Both the position numbers and the translations under genes were made by a program. From Eledone cirrhosa (taxonomy: Eukaryota), in NCBI GenBank assembly GCA_964016885.1, contig OZ024743.1:308574001-308638000 (forward strand): a stretch of 64,000 nucleotides of DNA, in the 5' to 3' direction. Under the pieces are notes generated by a model, which saw only the letters and a list, made by a program, of their open reading frames with translations, did no database searches and was not told the DNA's origin. Below are positions 1 to 13,519 of this stretch, piece by piece (within the stretch, counting starts at the first letter, position 1; each line of letters begins with the position of its first letter).

Positions 1-795
1 ATTCTCTCCACCTCTCTGAAGAGAGAACCTCGATGTGTTCCTGATTGGAGGTATGGTGGACGGTCTGCCAGAACACTTTATTTGCTGATTTGAAGTTGGA
101 TTCCAACTTAAGCCCAAAGTCCTCCCATGTCTTGTCTTTGGACATCTTTACTGTCTCTACTGTGACTTTTCACAGTTGCTTTTACTGCAATTTCAAGAAG
201 GACTTGTTTTCAAGCTAAGTTTGTACACCTTTGTTAGGATGGTACCTTTGACTTGATTAAACAAAGGGAGCCCTCTGCACCTTGTATGCATCGCAAAATG
301 TATATGCCAGCATGGAAAAATGGTTGTAAAATAATGATTTTCATTTTAAAACAAAGATGAAGGCAATCAATCCACTTTTTTATGTTATGAAAACATGGAG
401 GTATGTTGCATAATCTGCATATATCCAGTTTACAATAGGGGCGCCATATACCTGCATGTCGTCAGAGGCAATTGTGTTAGTGCCAAAAGTGGCATTAGCT
501 ATAAAAAACAATGCCTCAAAAAGGATTGCATGACGGGTATGTAGTTTATCATGTGACTCGCCAATCTAATCCTTATTTTAGCAGGGAAAATGGCTTTAAA
601 ATGTTTTTTGTTGGTATGTTACAACAAATTAGTAAAAAATAGTGATTTCTGGATACAGTACCTCCAAATTAATCAAAAAAAGATTTGTCAGCCAATACTT
701 TTGTCCAGTGTAATGTTCACTCCTGATTACCATATTTCTTATGAAAGACTCAAGAATTTGGAAGGATTTAGTAATATCACTTTTTCTCTATTAAA

Positions 796-1227
796 CATGG
801 CTTAGTGGTTAGAGTATTGGGCTTGCAATCAAAAGGTTGTGAGTTCAATTCTCGGACCGGGTGATGTGTTGTTTCCTTGAGCAAGACACTTTATTTCACA
901 TTGCTCCAGTTTACTCAGCTGTAGAAATGAGATGATAGGACTGGAGTCACTATCATTCCACTGCAAAGTGGTCGTGGAGGTGCCATGGCAAAAAAGCACC
1001 CAGCCCACACTGTAAAGTGGACGTGTAGGCTCCACGGAAAAAAAGCACTCAGCACTCACTGTAAATGAGGTTGGTGTTAGGAAGGGCATCCAGCTGTAGA
1101 AATAAAGCCAGAATCAGTTCCCGTATGAGCAAGACAAGGTCAGCCGACCGGACACTGCCCACAACAGGACAACCCGTCTAACCCATGCTAGCGTGGAAGA
1201 ATGGACGTAAAACGGTGATGATGATGA
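796..1227 (+). mobile_element. SINE family A: tRNA-like head + central domain + RTE-derived 3' tail ending (TGA)n
   Basis: Head has A box TGGCTTAGTGG and B box GAGTTCAATTC, then ...TTTCCTTGAGCAAGACACTTTATTTCAC... The last ~260 bp nearly match the 3' end of the RTE at 9828-10088. Further copies at 51207-51824 and 52935-53270. Confidence 0.85.
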
Positions 1228-3769
1228 GGAAGCTGGTGTTTGTAATATACCTTATTATACTGGTGTTTTGAACATAAGCAAATATTCTTACATGAAATTG
1301 ATAGAATATTTTTAGATAAATATGATGATGATGATAAATACTTTAAAGCAAACAGTTTTTGTATTGTAGAACTAAGCGTGGTTTCAGGCAGTTTAGTATA
1401 AAAAGTATTGAAATAAATAGAATGTCATAGGAAACCAAAAATGGAACTGTTATTGATATAATTCTTTAAATGTAAGAGATAATACAAAGTTAAATTTTTG
1501 CTCTTGGGTGAAAGAAATGAACATATCTGATTCCACTGTTATACTAAGAACCCCCCCCCCCCCCTACCTAAAAGAAAACACCAATAAAAATCTTATCTCA
1601 TGGCTAACTCAGTTTTTGTGATAACTGCAGCCAACCAGGAGGATTCTAGTCAAGATAAAATATGACCTCATTTCTCTTTATAGTTTATAACATCCACAGA
1701 TCCACAGTCTCACATCTAACAAGATAGAAATGGTTTTTAGAAATATTTTCAATACACAATTAAAATTAACATTATAATTAAATTACTGAGAGAGAGAGAG
1801 AGCATGCATGCATAATTCCTTTTATAGACATCTAATTTTTGCAAGTGAACTCATTTTAGAAATGCACAACAGGGGACAGTAATTATGAAATAAAACAGAC
1901 CCCTAGCTCAGAAGACTTAAACCTAAAGTTCCCCTATGTATGCTTCTTAGCTCAAGTTACTAGATAAAAGTATTCATAACTTATAATTTATAGAATCAGT
2001 AGAAGGGAGACACAGCTGGGGTTTATATATAACTTACCAGATATAGAGACTACAATTACAGCACAATAAGCAGTGCAGCTTGCTTCACCACTCACAAATT
2101 CCATTTGTAGATAAAATACATTACTAAACTCTTTATGGACTGCTTTAGTATCTAACTAAAATTATCTACAATCAACTTGATGAATCATTCATAAAATGTT
2201 TGGAGATTAATTTGTAAAAGGAATATTGTTATGCTTTGCTTCATATCTAAAATGTATGTTACTTAAGAAATATGGCATTCTTAATTAATGATCATTGCAT
2301 AGTCATGTTTGTCTGCCTCAACCCCTTCACCCAAACAGCTGCTTTCTACAAAGTTTAAGTGAGACTTACAATAAAATACCACTACACACATCTGGGACAA
2401 CACTGCCTACTGCTTCAAAAGCTTAGTTGTTCAATTTATTGAATGAGGACTCACATCCCAGCTACTGTCTCCTCCTCATTCTGTCTTTACTACTGATACT
2501 TCGATAGTCTCTGCTTGTGCTCTCTATTCGAACATTTTTTTATAATTTGAAATTTTTACATACATCTTGCACACAAGGGGTGTCGGCTTATATTTTGATT
2601 GTCTTATATTCAAGTATATAGGGTATATCAATTACCTAATATTGTAGTCCTAGGTACAGTTCCCTTTCTTTTAATCAAAACTTTAAAAACTTCCTTTCCA
2701 AGGTTAGAAACCATTGAAACACCTTATGCTAAATATTTTAGAATAGGTTTTTCTGTAACCTTTTTATTACTATATTTCTAATGAAATACTTTGTATTTGA
2801 ATTAATTAATGAATGTTTTGGAGGGGTTTACTTAAATTATTATTTCTTTAAGATATTTGTTACAAATGATTTTTGTTTGATATTAAAAATGGGTGGTCTT
2901 GTTTTATAGGACACCCATCTATGGAAATGATGTCAAAAAAAAGAGTTGATAGGACCTTTCAGTTGTGTCAAGGACACAACAACCTCTCTAGTGTACCCAA
3001 TAATGTGATAAGCAGTAGAAAACTTGCCAATGAAAGAGCAGTGGGGACTCTTCAGTTGTGTTATGACAACCTTCTTAGTGCTGGTGCCACAATAAAATAC
3101 ATGACACACTCAGTGACTGATTGAGTACTAAGTTGAACTTTGACGACTTGTCCAACTTAGAAGGGAAAATAGCATAGAGTTCGATTTACAAAATCCCAGA
3201 CATCATTCGCTTACTGAGTGGAGTGGAACTCATCAAATCGGACCAAGGAAACAGTGTTACTATTGGTCTTTTCATTGCTGATACTATCTACTGGTCGCAA
3301 CTCTTGGCAGAAGTAGGGAGAAAGAAACACTAAATAATGACGAAAGTGGGTTGGTATCAAAAGAGTCGAAGTTAAAAAACAAAACAATTCAACTATTTTA
3401 ACTTGTAAAACCTCATATTTGACTTCATTTTACAAAAGATTTCACTCACAATTTTTGTTCTGTTTAAACACACAACAATCTAAGTAAAATTCTATGACTA
3501 TACTTGAAAGCAAGCCAAGAGCACCCAACTTTACAAATAAACAAGTTGTCTTCGTAAAATTATCTCACACAACACAATGATTGCTGACTATTTTAGAAAG
3601 TAAATCAATAAATATTTCAATCATTTGGCTTCATGATATGAAGCACATACTATGTTAGAGTTTAACTGTTGTAAATGGGAAGAGATTCCTGCAGTTCTTA
3701 ACACCAAACTGCTTAAAACCAATCCTGGTTTTATGCTACTGTCAATTATAATTTTATGTAAGGATTGAT

Positions 3770-4065
3770 TGCAGATAATTTGGGCATGCTGAAGAGAAAT
3801 GAAGCAAACATCTTTCGATTGATGTGCAATGTTAATGTGTGAGAACAATAGAACTTGGAAGATAAAAGAGGAATCAGAAGTAGTGTGCATGAGAGGAGAC
3901 TGCATTGATGTGGACATGTGATGCACATGGATGATGATTGCTGGGTGAAGAAGTTCCAAAAATCCCAATGGAAGGAGACCTGGGTAGAGGTGGTGAGAGC
4001 TGATCTCAAGTTCGCTGAAACTCACAAAGGAATGCTGTACTGAAAAGGACCTGTTTAGCCTATGC
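3770..4065 (+). pseudogene. Degenerate RTE-clade LINE ORF2 C-terminal fragment
   Basis: Broken translation RNEANIFRLMCNVNV...RGIRSSVHERRLH*CGHVMHMDDDCWVKK parallels ORF 10275..10529 (RNEACMLRWMCN...RGIEYCVQERRLRWYGHVMRM). Confidence 0.7.
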
Positions 4066-7000
4066 ATGTGTAGAACAATAGATATAATGGAGATGATATT
4101 TATTAATAGTCAAGAATTTGAAAGGATTTAATAATATAACTAATTTTCTCATTATTTAGCTGGTATAGGGTGGTGAATTGGCAGTACCAGTAGAACATTG
4201 GACAACCTGCTTTGTGGCATATAGTTACGTCCCTTTATGTTCAGAGTTCAAATCCTACTAAAGTTATCTTTGTCTTTCATCCTTATGGGGTTGATAAAAT
4301 AAAGTACCAGTAGCACACACACACAGGTTGATTAATCAACTTTGTTGGCCTTGTGCATAAATTAAAAATCATTATTTAAACTGGTCAGAATTCTCACCTC
4401 TTTCTGTTCAAACCAGCTATAACCAGCTGCTCATATTGATGTTAAGATATTGTTCTTAAAATAAATAATATCAAAATCTCATAGATTCAATATTATGTGA
4501 GGTAACGCCTTCATCACAAAAATATAATAATATATATAGAGTAATGGAAATGCTAAAGTGTTAATTCTTTCAATCATCATCCTTGTTTAATATCTATTTT
4601 TCCCTGCTAGCAAGGGTTGGATGACTCTACATAGATTAAATCATTATTGAAGTGGGGCTATTGACTTCCCAGACAGAATATATGCGAGATGCAGACCCCT
4701 CAGCCTATCGAGTGCAGAGAGGATGTTGTCATGTTTGACACAACTGAAGGACCTCCCAGCCCTTCATATCACCAACAACTTTACAGTGTGTGTTTATCAT
4801 GTAGATTACCAATACTAAGGAGCTATATTTCTAATTTAAAACATTGCCTATTCTTTTTTTAATTTAATATAACTAACTTTTTCATCATTAAGTTGTTACA
4901 TAATATTATGATGGAAGGTTTTTAGATAAATATAAATATTTTAAAACAAACAATTTTGTATCATAGAACTAAGAAGTATGTTCAAAGATATTTTCTCCAC
5001 TACAGTTGTCCTTAATTCCATAATTCATTGGCTTTCCCATTGATCAGTTGGAAATATCAACATTACAACTGATGGAGGTCCATTTACATTTCTGAGAGCG
5101 AATGAGTGAGATTTATTCTTTTATTTTATTGATTTCAAAAGGCAGTTGATTGGCAGAATCAGCAGAATGTCAGACATTTGTTGTGGCATAGAGTTCCATC
5201 CCCTTGCTTACTGAGTGAATCCCACTACGTTAGCTTTGCTTTTCATCCTTATGGGGTCAATAAAATAAAGTCCCACTAATACACCGAGGTCGATTTAATT
5301 GACTTTCCCCTTCCAAAACAATCATTATAGTAGAGCATCAAACATGCGTTGTGGCATAGTTACGTCCCTTTGCATTCTGATTTCAAATCCCACTGATGTT
5401 AACTTTGCCTTTCATCATTATGGGGGGAGGGGGGATAAAATAAAGCACCAGTAATGCACTGGGGTTAATTTAATTGACCCCACCCAATTATTTAATTGGT
5501 TTCAGTCATTGGAATGTGACTACGCTGAGGCACACATTGACCCTAGTACTAACCCTTTTTTTTAATGTTTGGTACTCAGTCTATTTTTGTTGACAAGCTA
5601 AGTTACAACACATGAACATACACATACATATGACGACTTTCCTCAGTTTCCATCTACCAAATTTCTGTCATAAGGCATTGGTTAATCTACTGCTATAGTA
5701 GAAAACACTTGCCCAAGGTGCAACAAAATAGGATGGTATATGAAACTATGTGGTTGCAAAGTGAACTCCTTAACCACACAGCCATAGAAGGAAAATAATG
5801 GCAACAACATTCATGTCATGAAAGTTTTGTGTAGTTTCAGCCACTCCATAGCTCTGAAATTTTTATATATTTAACCATTCAATGTTCAGGAAAATGATAA
5901 GTGACCAGGAAATTATTTGTAGAGTAGCTAATTTGGTGAATTGTTGGCATTTAAATTTCCTTCATTAATTCCTATATCTTTAAAACAAACTCTTTAAACA
6001 TAAACACACTGAACAGTAGCTAGATTTCATTTGCTAACATTTACACACTCTTGATATAGAACTAAAGGTTTTGTTTTAGCTGAAGGTCAGTCTTCATTGT
6101 GTCAAGCAATGTGACTTAGTGGTTAGGGTGTTGGACTTTTGATGGTATGGCGGTGGGTGACATTTCGTATCTTTCAGCAAGACACTTCATTTCATGTTGC
6201 AGGAGTCCACTGAAGTGGAGAAAAAACTGAGTACCAGCAGTAGTTGGGGTCTAACCCTTGCAAAAGACTGGTGTCTGGTCTAGGGCAGTCTTTTCATTAC
6301 AGTGTTGGTTGGGCCGGGGTGGGGGCAGGCAATTGCCCTGGGAACCTTTTTGTGGGGGTGCCCCACCAGCGACGGCCGTGGAAATTTATTTGTGCCCGCT
6401 GCTGGGATTGTTAGATTTAAATGGTTGAATTTAATACCTGTATAACTTTTCAATTCCAATTACTTGTGCCAAGATGACTATGTAAAATTGGGGGTTTGCT
6501 GTGTATTCTAATTGTTCGTGTATGAGGGAGCCCTCAAACATGAAGTGCCCCGGGCCTGCCAAATCTAAATCTAGCCCTATCATTAAGAAATGTCCTATGA
6601 GATGGATCTGAAACCACATGGTTGTGAAATGAATTTCTTAACCACACAGCCATAAAGTTTTCCTGACATTCCATTTTACTCGAGTAACATTGAACTTTTT
6701 TTCTATTTAAAAGAGATACTAAACAGATGAAATAAGGTTTTGAAAGTAAAATGTGACTGATCTATAAGTGTCTATTTTAGATGAAATGGAAGAATTGAAT
6801 GAATAAACTTGAATAAATTATTCATTTAGATTTCTACCCATTTTAATACACAACCACCTCTGGTTCTATGATATTGAGGTGTTTATTTTAAAATGTTTTG
6901 AAGGCAGAGAGCTGGGACAAATGTATTTTAAAGTGTTTTGATGGTAGACAGCAGGGGACAAATATAGCAATGCAATCTATTTAACACTCAACTGACTGCC

Positions 7001-7236
7001 AATTCAGTTTCCCAGGGTTGAAACCCATTCAGTAGCTGATGATATTTCTTTGTTCCCTTTATTTACATAGGTAACCCCCAGGGAAGCAGATTGATAACAT
7101 ACCACTGGGGTATTTGTTTCTGTTTTGAGTTCAAATCCCACTGAAGTCAACATAGACTTTCATGCTACCGGGGTTAATTAAATAGAGTATCAGTTCAGTC
7201 TGGGGTCGACTTAATCGACTCTTTCCTCCCTTAAAT

Positions 7237-7411
7237 TAATTGTTTCTACTTTAGGCACAAGGCCAGCAATTACCCAGTGCATTACTGGTACTTTATTTTA
7301 TCGACCCCGTAAGGATGAAAGGCAAAGTCAACCTTGGTGGGATTTGAACTCAGATCGTAAAGGGACGTAACTATGCTGGAAAGCATGGCGTCCGACCCTC
7401 TGCCAATCCAC
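7237..7411 (-). mobile_element. SINE family B (tRNA-derived, ~185 bp)
   Basis: Reverse complement of the unit GGTGGATTGGCAG...GAGTTCAAATCC...TTTGCCTTTCATCCTTACGGGGTCGATAAAATAAAGTACCAG...GTAGAAACAATTATT, which recurs many times in the window. Confidence 0.85.
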
Positions 7412-8513
7412 TTTAAATTAATGGTCTTGTGCCTAACATAGAAATCATCAGTCAGGTAAATAATTAATTCTTTGGTTGGTTTAGCATCTAGTTGGTTATT
7501 TATCAAAGCTCTTTCGTCACATTCTCTGACTTTCTTAACGACTGTGTGTGTGTGTGAAAGTGTTGGGCTTACAATTGTGAGGGTGTGAGTTCGATTACCA
7601 GACGGGGGAAGTGTGGTGTATCCTTGAGCAAGACACTTTATTTTATGTTATTTCAGCTGCAGAAGTGAGTTGTTAGGTCACTGGTGCCAAGCTGTATCAG
7701 CTTGAGCCTTTCTCTTGGACAACATCAGTGGCATGGAGAAGGGAGACTGGTATGCATGGGCTTCCACAAAAAACACCTTGTTCAGACCTTGTGCTTCAGA
7801 GAACTTTCTAGGTGCAAAGTCCAGTGTCATTCGTATCCAAAGGGGATTTCTACTCTCTCTCCCTCTCTGTACATATGATAGGATGCCCAACAGTCTAGCT
7901 TAAGCCATCTCAATGGCAATTTCCCATCTTACCATCGAAAGTGTTTAAGCTTGACAGTCGGGCATCCTATCCTATAATAACATCTATATTATTTTCCTTG
8001 AATATACTGCACCAAGTTGAATAATGGTTTTATTAGTCTAACTAGTAACATTTCATATCACACATACTCACACAGTAACAATTTAAGATACCAGGGGGAA
8101 GAACTCTTTCTTAACAAGTCCATTCGTTATTTTTCTCTCAATTTATTTCTGTTTGGTGAGTGTACGGTTGTCAAATAGGGTGAACGATTAAATCTACCAC
8201 CCACATTTGACATTTTCCAATTATTTCTTTACTTCTATTATACAATTTGTGGTTTCACTCATTGGAATGCAACCATGCTGGGGCATTTAGTCAACCATAA
8301 CGACTTTAGGGTTTTTTTTTCTTTCCAAGTCTTGTATTAATTTTATTGATTTCCTTTTCGTTGAACTGCTAAGTCACAGGCCATTAACACACAGTTTCCG
8401 CCTACAAAATTTTCCTGACAAGATACTGTTCAACTTGAGCCTATAGTGAGGCTACTTGCCTAGAAATTACATGGTTGTAAAGTGAATGACTTTACCACAT
8501 AGGCAGGGTTGTA

Positions 8514-8930
8514 TTCTTCTTTGCCCTCTTATTTCTGGGAGGGTCATAGGGGCAGAGTCTTTAAGCACACCTTCCAGCAGTTCCTGTCAGAATCATCTTT
8601 AATTAATCTGGCTGGATCCCCAAGCGAAACCACCTGAGCTCATGGATGTTATCCAACCATCCTGCCTGGAGTCCCCTGCCAGTCAGTTTTGCTATAAAAT
8701 CTGTCCAGCGATTCTTTCCTAAGACATTCTAACCACATGTCCATAGTATCGGAGCTGTGATCTCTCAATTTGGAGAAGTCGCAGCTCTACCTAGAGTGAC
8801 TGATTGTCGAGCTACGCATTCTATTGATTAACATTACTCTAAAGACCCTTCGGATCAACCCCATTTTGGCTGCTTGTATTTGTGATCATATTCTTTTGGT
8901 CATTACCCAAGATACATGACCACAGGTTGT
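8514..8930 (-). pseudogene. Older RTE-clade (Rex3/Expander-like) LINE 3' fragment
   Basis: Minus-strand remnant TCGHVSWVMTKRI*SQIQAAKMGLIRRV... Related pieces at ~42775-42995 (-), ~45225-45392 (+) and ~54215-54570 (+). Confidence 0.65.
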
Positions 8931-9224
8931 GTCTTATCAAAAATTGGGAGGACAAATATAAAAAAAAACCCTTTTGTTTCAAGGAAGCGAGTTTGATCAA
9001 ATGCTCAACAATGTAAAATTGTTGAATTATATTGTCTAGCAGAAAAAAAGTTTATTTTTATGAATGTAGATTAGACTGTGTGTATGTTTTTATGATGCAT
9101 TGTTCAACATTGATACATTGATGGAAGCGTTAACCCTTTTGATACCAAACTGCTTGAGTCCATTTTTAGTGCAATGATACAAAACTATTTTAAAATGTTT
9201 ATCAGTTTTGTAAGAATTTTTTAA

Positions 9225-9827
9225 TAATAATGAAATTATCATGTACAGTGCTCAGGTGCATTACAACTCATCAAAAGTGCATGTATAGTACATAGAATAA
9301 TATACAAATGTCAGAAGTGAATAGTGTATGAATCATGATATATATGTGTGCGTGTGCATGGAGGGGGGAATATTAGGTGTAGTGTTATCGAATCTCAGGA
9401 AGCATGGAGGTTTTAAAGGATCCAGTGTCTCGACAGCTAATAACTGATGCAGGTAGTTTGTTTCATGCTTCAGCAACTCTGAGCGTGAAAAAATGTTTCC
9501 GAAAGTCATGGGAGCTGTGCTGTTTTCTGACTTTGAGGGCATGCCCACGTGTGTTAGACACACGGAAATCAAAAAGGTACTCAGGGTTGTTGTTGGCAAG
9601 ATGGTTAATAATTTTTTGGGTGTTTAACAAGTCATTTGCCAGACGTCGGAGCTTCAATGTATCCATGCCCAGGGAAGCAAGGCATTCAGAGTATGGTAGA
9701 TGCCTGATGGAGGGTATTTGCTTGGTTGCATGTCTCTGAACAGTTTCCAGGCGGTCAATGTTCTGAGCAAGATAGGGGTTCCAGACTGGTGATGCAAATT
9801 CTAAGTGTGGCCGCACCATAGCTATAT
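9225..9827 (-). mobile_element. CR1-like LINE, 3' part (interrupted by RTE)
   Basis: ORF 9463..9819 MVRPHLEFASPVWNPYLAQNIDRLETVQRHATKQIP...; colinear with 48490-49090. Confidence 0.9.
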
Positions 9828-11486
9828 CATCATCATCATCACCGTTTTACGTCCGTTCTTCCACGCTAGCATGGGTTAGATGAGTTGTCCTGTTGTGGGC
9901 AGTGTCTGGTCGGCTGACCATGCCTTGCTCATACAGGAACTGATCTGGCTTGATTTCTACAGCTGGATGCCCTTCCTAACACCAACCTCATTTACAGTGA
10001 GTGCTGGGTGCTTTTTCGTGGCGCCTACACGTCCACTCTACAGTGTGGGCTGGGTGCTTTTTTGCCGTGGCACCTCCACGACCACCTTGGGGTGTGGGGG
10101 CATATTGTCTATATGCTTCAGCTTGTACCCATGGGAGGTCGGGTACTCTGTATTACTGCATGACGCCAGAAGTCACGGTCGTGTGTCATTGTCTTTGAGA
10201 GGTGTAATTGGGTAAGGTCGGCTTTTATCACCTCATCCCAGGTCATCTTGGGTCTCCCCACTCCGCGGTTTCCATCAACTTCTAGTGCCTCTGCACCTTT
10301 TTATGCAGCTGTCATCCTTCATACGCATCACATGTCCATACCAGCGCAACCGCCTCTCCTGCACACAGTATTCGATTCCTCTTATGCTCAGTCTCTCTCT
10401 CAATTCATTTATGCTTTGTCGTTTGCGTATATTACTGTTACACATCCATCGGAGCATGCAGGCTTCGTTTCTCTCTAATCTACGTAAGTCTTCCACCTTC
10501 AGCGCCCAGGTCTCACTACCATGCAACATCGCTGTTCGGATACAGTCTGCCTTTCATTCTGAGGGAGAAGCCTTTTGCAGCTAGCAGTGGTAGTAGTTCC
10601 CTAAACTTCTTCCATCCCGTTCTTACCCTAGTTATTGTACTTTCTGAACACCCACCTCCGTTGCTAATTCGGTCACCTAGGTAGCAGTAGCTGTCTACTG
10701 TTTCTACAGGGCCCTCCCAGAGATTGGTGGTACTTGTTTCCTGTGGCTGTTTGCTGCTTGCTGTCTCAGCACAGCTGCTGCATGTGAATCCTACATTCTT
10801 AATTAAGCTTCCTGAGATCCCGCTACATCTCTTGTGTACCCATTGTTTGCATTTGGGGCAGAGAATGGAGTTCCTACCTACACCTTTCCTACATACTGAG
10901 CAAGGCCATTTCCCTGAGGGGATCTGGGTTCTGTTTTCTCGTCTACTTACAAGGACCTTAGTCTTTGTCATGTTGACTTTGAGACCCTTTCTTTCTAGTC
11001 CCTGCTTCCAGGTTTGGAATTTATTCTCTAGTTCTACCATAGATTCAGCTATGAGTGCGAGGTCATCAGCATACAGGAGTTCCCATGGGCATCCGGTCTT
11101 AAACTCCGTTATTGCCTGCAGGACTATGATGAACAGGAGAGGGCTAAGAATAGAGCCCTGGTGGACCCCAACCTGTACGCTAAATTCCTCGCTATACTCA
11201 TTGCTAATCCTAACTTTGCTGACATGGCTTGTACCGCTTTCACAAGCCATTCATCTACTCCTAGTTTTCTAAGAGCCCACCAGATTACAGCACGTGGAAC
11301 TCTGTCAAAGGCTTTCTCAAGGTCGACAAATGCCAAGTAGAGTGGCTTACTTTTAGCTAGGTACTTTTCCTGTAATTGCCTCACAAGGAAGAGGGCATCA
11401 GTGGTGCCTCTTCCTGGTACAAACCCAAATTGCATCTCGTCTATTTTCACCCGGTCCCTAATCAGCTGTGCTATAACTCTTTCTGT
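9828..11486 (-). mobile_element. 5'-truncated RTE-clade LINE (RT domain, PHD-like finger, 3' UTR, (TGA)n tail), frameshifted
   Basis: ORFs 11124..11450 (QFGFVPGRGTTDA...FVDLEKAFDRVPR), 10516..11250 (VGVHQGSILSPLLF...LLYADDL) and 10275..10529 (GSETW...RRLRWYGHVMR). (CAT)n on + at 9828. Confidence 0.93.
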
Positions 11487-11753
11487 TATACAGCTTTAAA
11501 TAGATAGCTGGAGAGCGGCTGACAAAGGTCTTGCTGAGTGATGCTAAGACACCCTCGGCCTTCTTGACAATTTTAGAGACGTGCTTCGTCCAACGCAAAT
11601 CGCTGCTGACTGTAATGCCCGGGTCACGTTCACAAGAAGACTTCTTGATATTAGTGTTGTGGAGGAAGTATGTGGACGCTGGATTTTTACTCCCAAAATG
11701 CATGGTGGTACACTTGTCCACAGCTAGGTTGAGTTGTCAGTCTGTGATCCATT
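11487..11753 (-). mobile_element. CR1-like LINE, upstream part of the interrupted copy (5'-truncated)
   Basis: ORF 11458..11721 DKCTTMHFG...ERDPGITVSSDLRWTKHVSKIVKKA; colinear with 49088-49352. Confidence 0.9.
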
Positions 11754-13273
11754 TGTTTATAATATGTTCCAAACAGCAGCTTAAAGTTAACTATTACTAA
11801 ATTCCTCCCAATTCATTTTCAAAATAAATTGAAACCCCTGGCCTATGTATTTCATTAGAATTGTAAAAAAGGGTTAATAGTTATTTATATCTGAACTATT
11901 TTTCGGGATCTAAGTAAAATCTGTGTTAAGTGTAAGAGGTAGTCACACATTGTTGGAATAGTGACATAATTATCAAATTCTTATATATTATTGAAGATAT
12001 TTTAATATTTGACTACTTCTGTGCATCTACTAGATGCAGAGGAGTAGTTAGAAGTTAAAGAGAAAGAAGCTGATTGTGAGATTGTATCAAAGAAACTTTT
12101 TTCGTTGATCTGCTGCTCATAACTCCTGGCAGAAGGGGGCAAGATTTGAACTCAGTATTTACAGAGTTAGATTAGATGCTGTAAAACATCTGCCAGACTG
12201 TAACAATTCCACCAATCTCGACTGGTACTTCAACCCTGAAAGGGTGATTTTACTAAAACCCCTTAAAATTCTTCATCATTTTTATAGGCAGTGTCTTTAA
12301 TTAAAAGTATGGTAATAACATGGTTTAGGAGCATTTAATTTTTTTTTTTTTTTTAAATTCAAATCTGGATTAAATTGTGTTTTTCTTGAGGTTGTTCAAC
12401 CTGAGGTCAACCCTGATCAAATAGATGTCTTATCTGACCATTCTGTCTTGAGAGATGTCTAGGATTCTGATTTTTATGATGCTTTGTTTTGGAGGCAATT
12501 TGGCTGCTATTTCTTGCAGGCTGCACAGCTATTTTGAAATAATAGATAGTATCTTTCATTAGAAATATGGTAATGAAGGGGTTAAGATATCCAATGGAAC
12601 TAAACTGCAGAATTTCAAGACAAATACCAATTCAAGTTCTTTTGATTTATCCTCTACATCAACTTTGGTTAAAAATTAATAGATGGAATTCCTATATTTA
12701 CTGGTATCACAAAATGAGATCTAAATTTTAAGCTGGGAAAGATAAAGAAAAGCAGCATAAAATACTTGCTTTAAGAATTATTAAATAACAGGAATTTCAG
12801 GTGCAATAAAGATAGTTGTTCATTACACTTCCTGGTTAGATTATTTATTGTGGTCATGCAATGTTATGTATAGCCAGTGAATAATAATAACATGCACCTA
12901 ATACACTCTGTAAAGTGGTTTGTGTGAGAAAGAGCAGCCAGCCATCCAAAGGGTTGGGACGACTCATGAGTTGTGTGAAGGATACAACCTTTCTAGTGCT
13001 GGTGCTATAAGTTGTATCCAGTACACTCTGTAAAATGGTTGGTACCAGAAAGAGCATCCAGCCATACAAACCATGCCAAATAAAGAGTTGGGAGGACTCA
13101 TGAGTTGTATGAAGGACACAACCTCCCCTGTGATGGTGCTAGGAAACATGACAAACTCAGATTGCAGGATCGATAAAAATAAAGCACCGGTAATGCACTG
13201 GGGTCGATTTAATCGACTTTCCCCTCCCCCAAAGTTGTTGGCCTTGTGCCTGAATCAGAAACCATTATTAATT

Positions 13274-13451
13274 AGTATCGGTAGAGGGTCGGACGCCATG
13301 CTTTCCATCATAGTTACGTCCCTTTACGATCTGAGTTCAAATCCCGCCGAGGTTGACTTTGCCTTTCATCCTTACGGGGTCGATAAAATAAAGTACCAGT
13401 AATGCACTGGGTAATTGCTGGCCTTGTGCCTAAAGTAGAAACAATTATTAA
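13274..13451 (+). mobile_element. SINE family B, young copy
   Basis: Near-identical to 39573-39749 and 56700-56890, with CpGs intact. Confidence 0.85.
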
Positions 13452-13519
13452 TTTAGGTTGAAATAACGATAACAGCATAAATCAACGTTATTTCAATTAT
13501 AGGTAAATAATTATTTTTC

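Larger units (their letters stand above)
9130..11877. mobile_element. TTAA-flanked (piggyBac-like) MITE split by CR1 and RTE insertions
   Basis: TTAACCCTTTTGATACCAAAC at 9130 and AAAGGGTTAA ending 11877. Segments 9130-~9222 plus ~11754-11877 reconstitute the ~230 bp unit seen intact at 40346-40577 and 38734-38971. Confidence 0.7.

Noticed and set aside
829-1089. Recurrent ORF MPFLTPTSFT...LEQCEIKCLAQG (also 51291, 51408, 53022) as a gene family
   Set aside because: Antisense translation of SINE family A copies.
9404-11800. Plus-strand ORFs 9404, 9880, 10285, 10724 and 11531
   Set aside because: Antisense shadows of the CR1/RTE coding sequence and 3' UTR.
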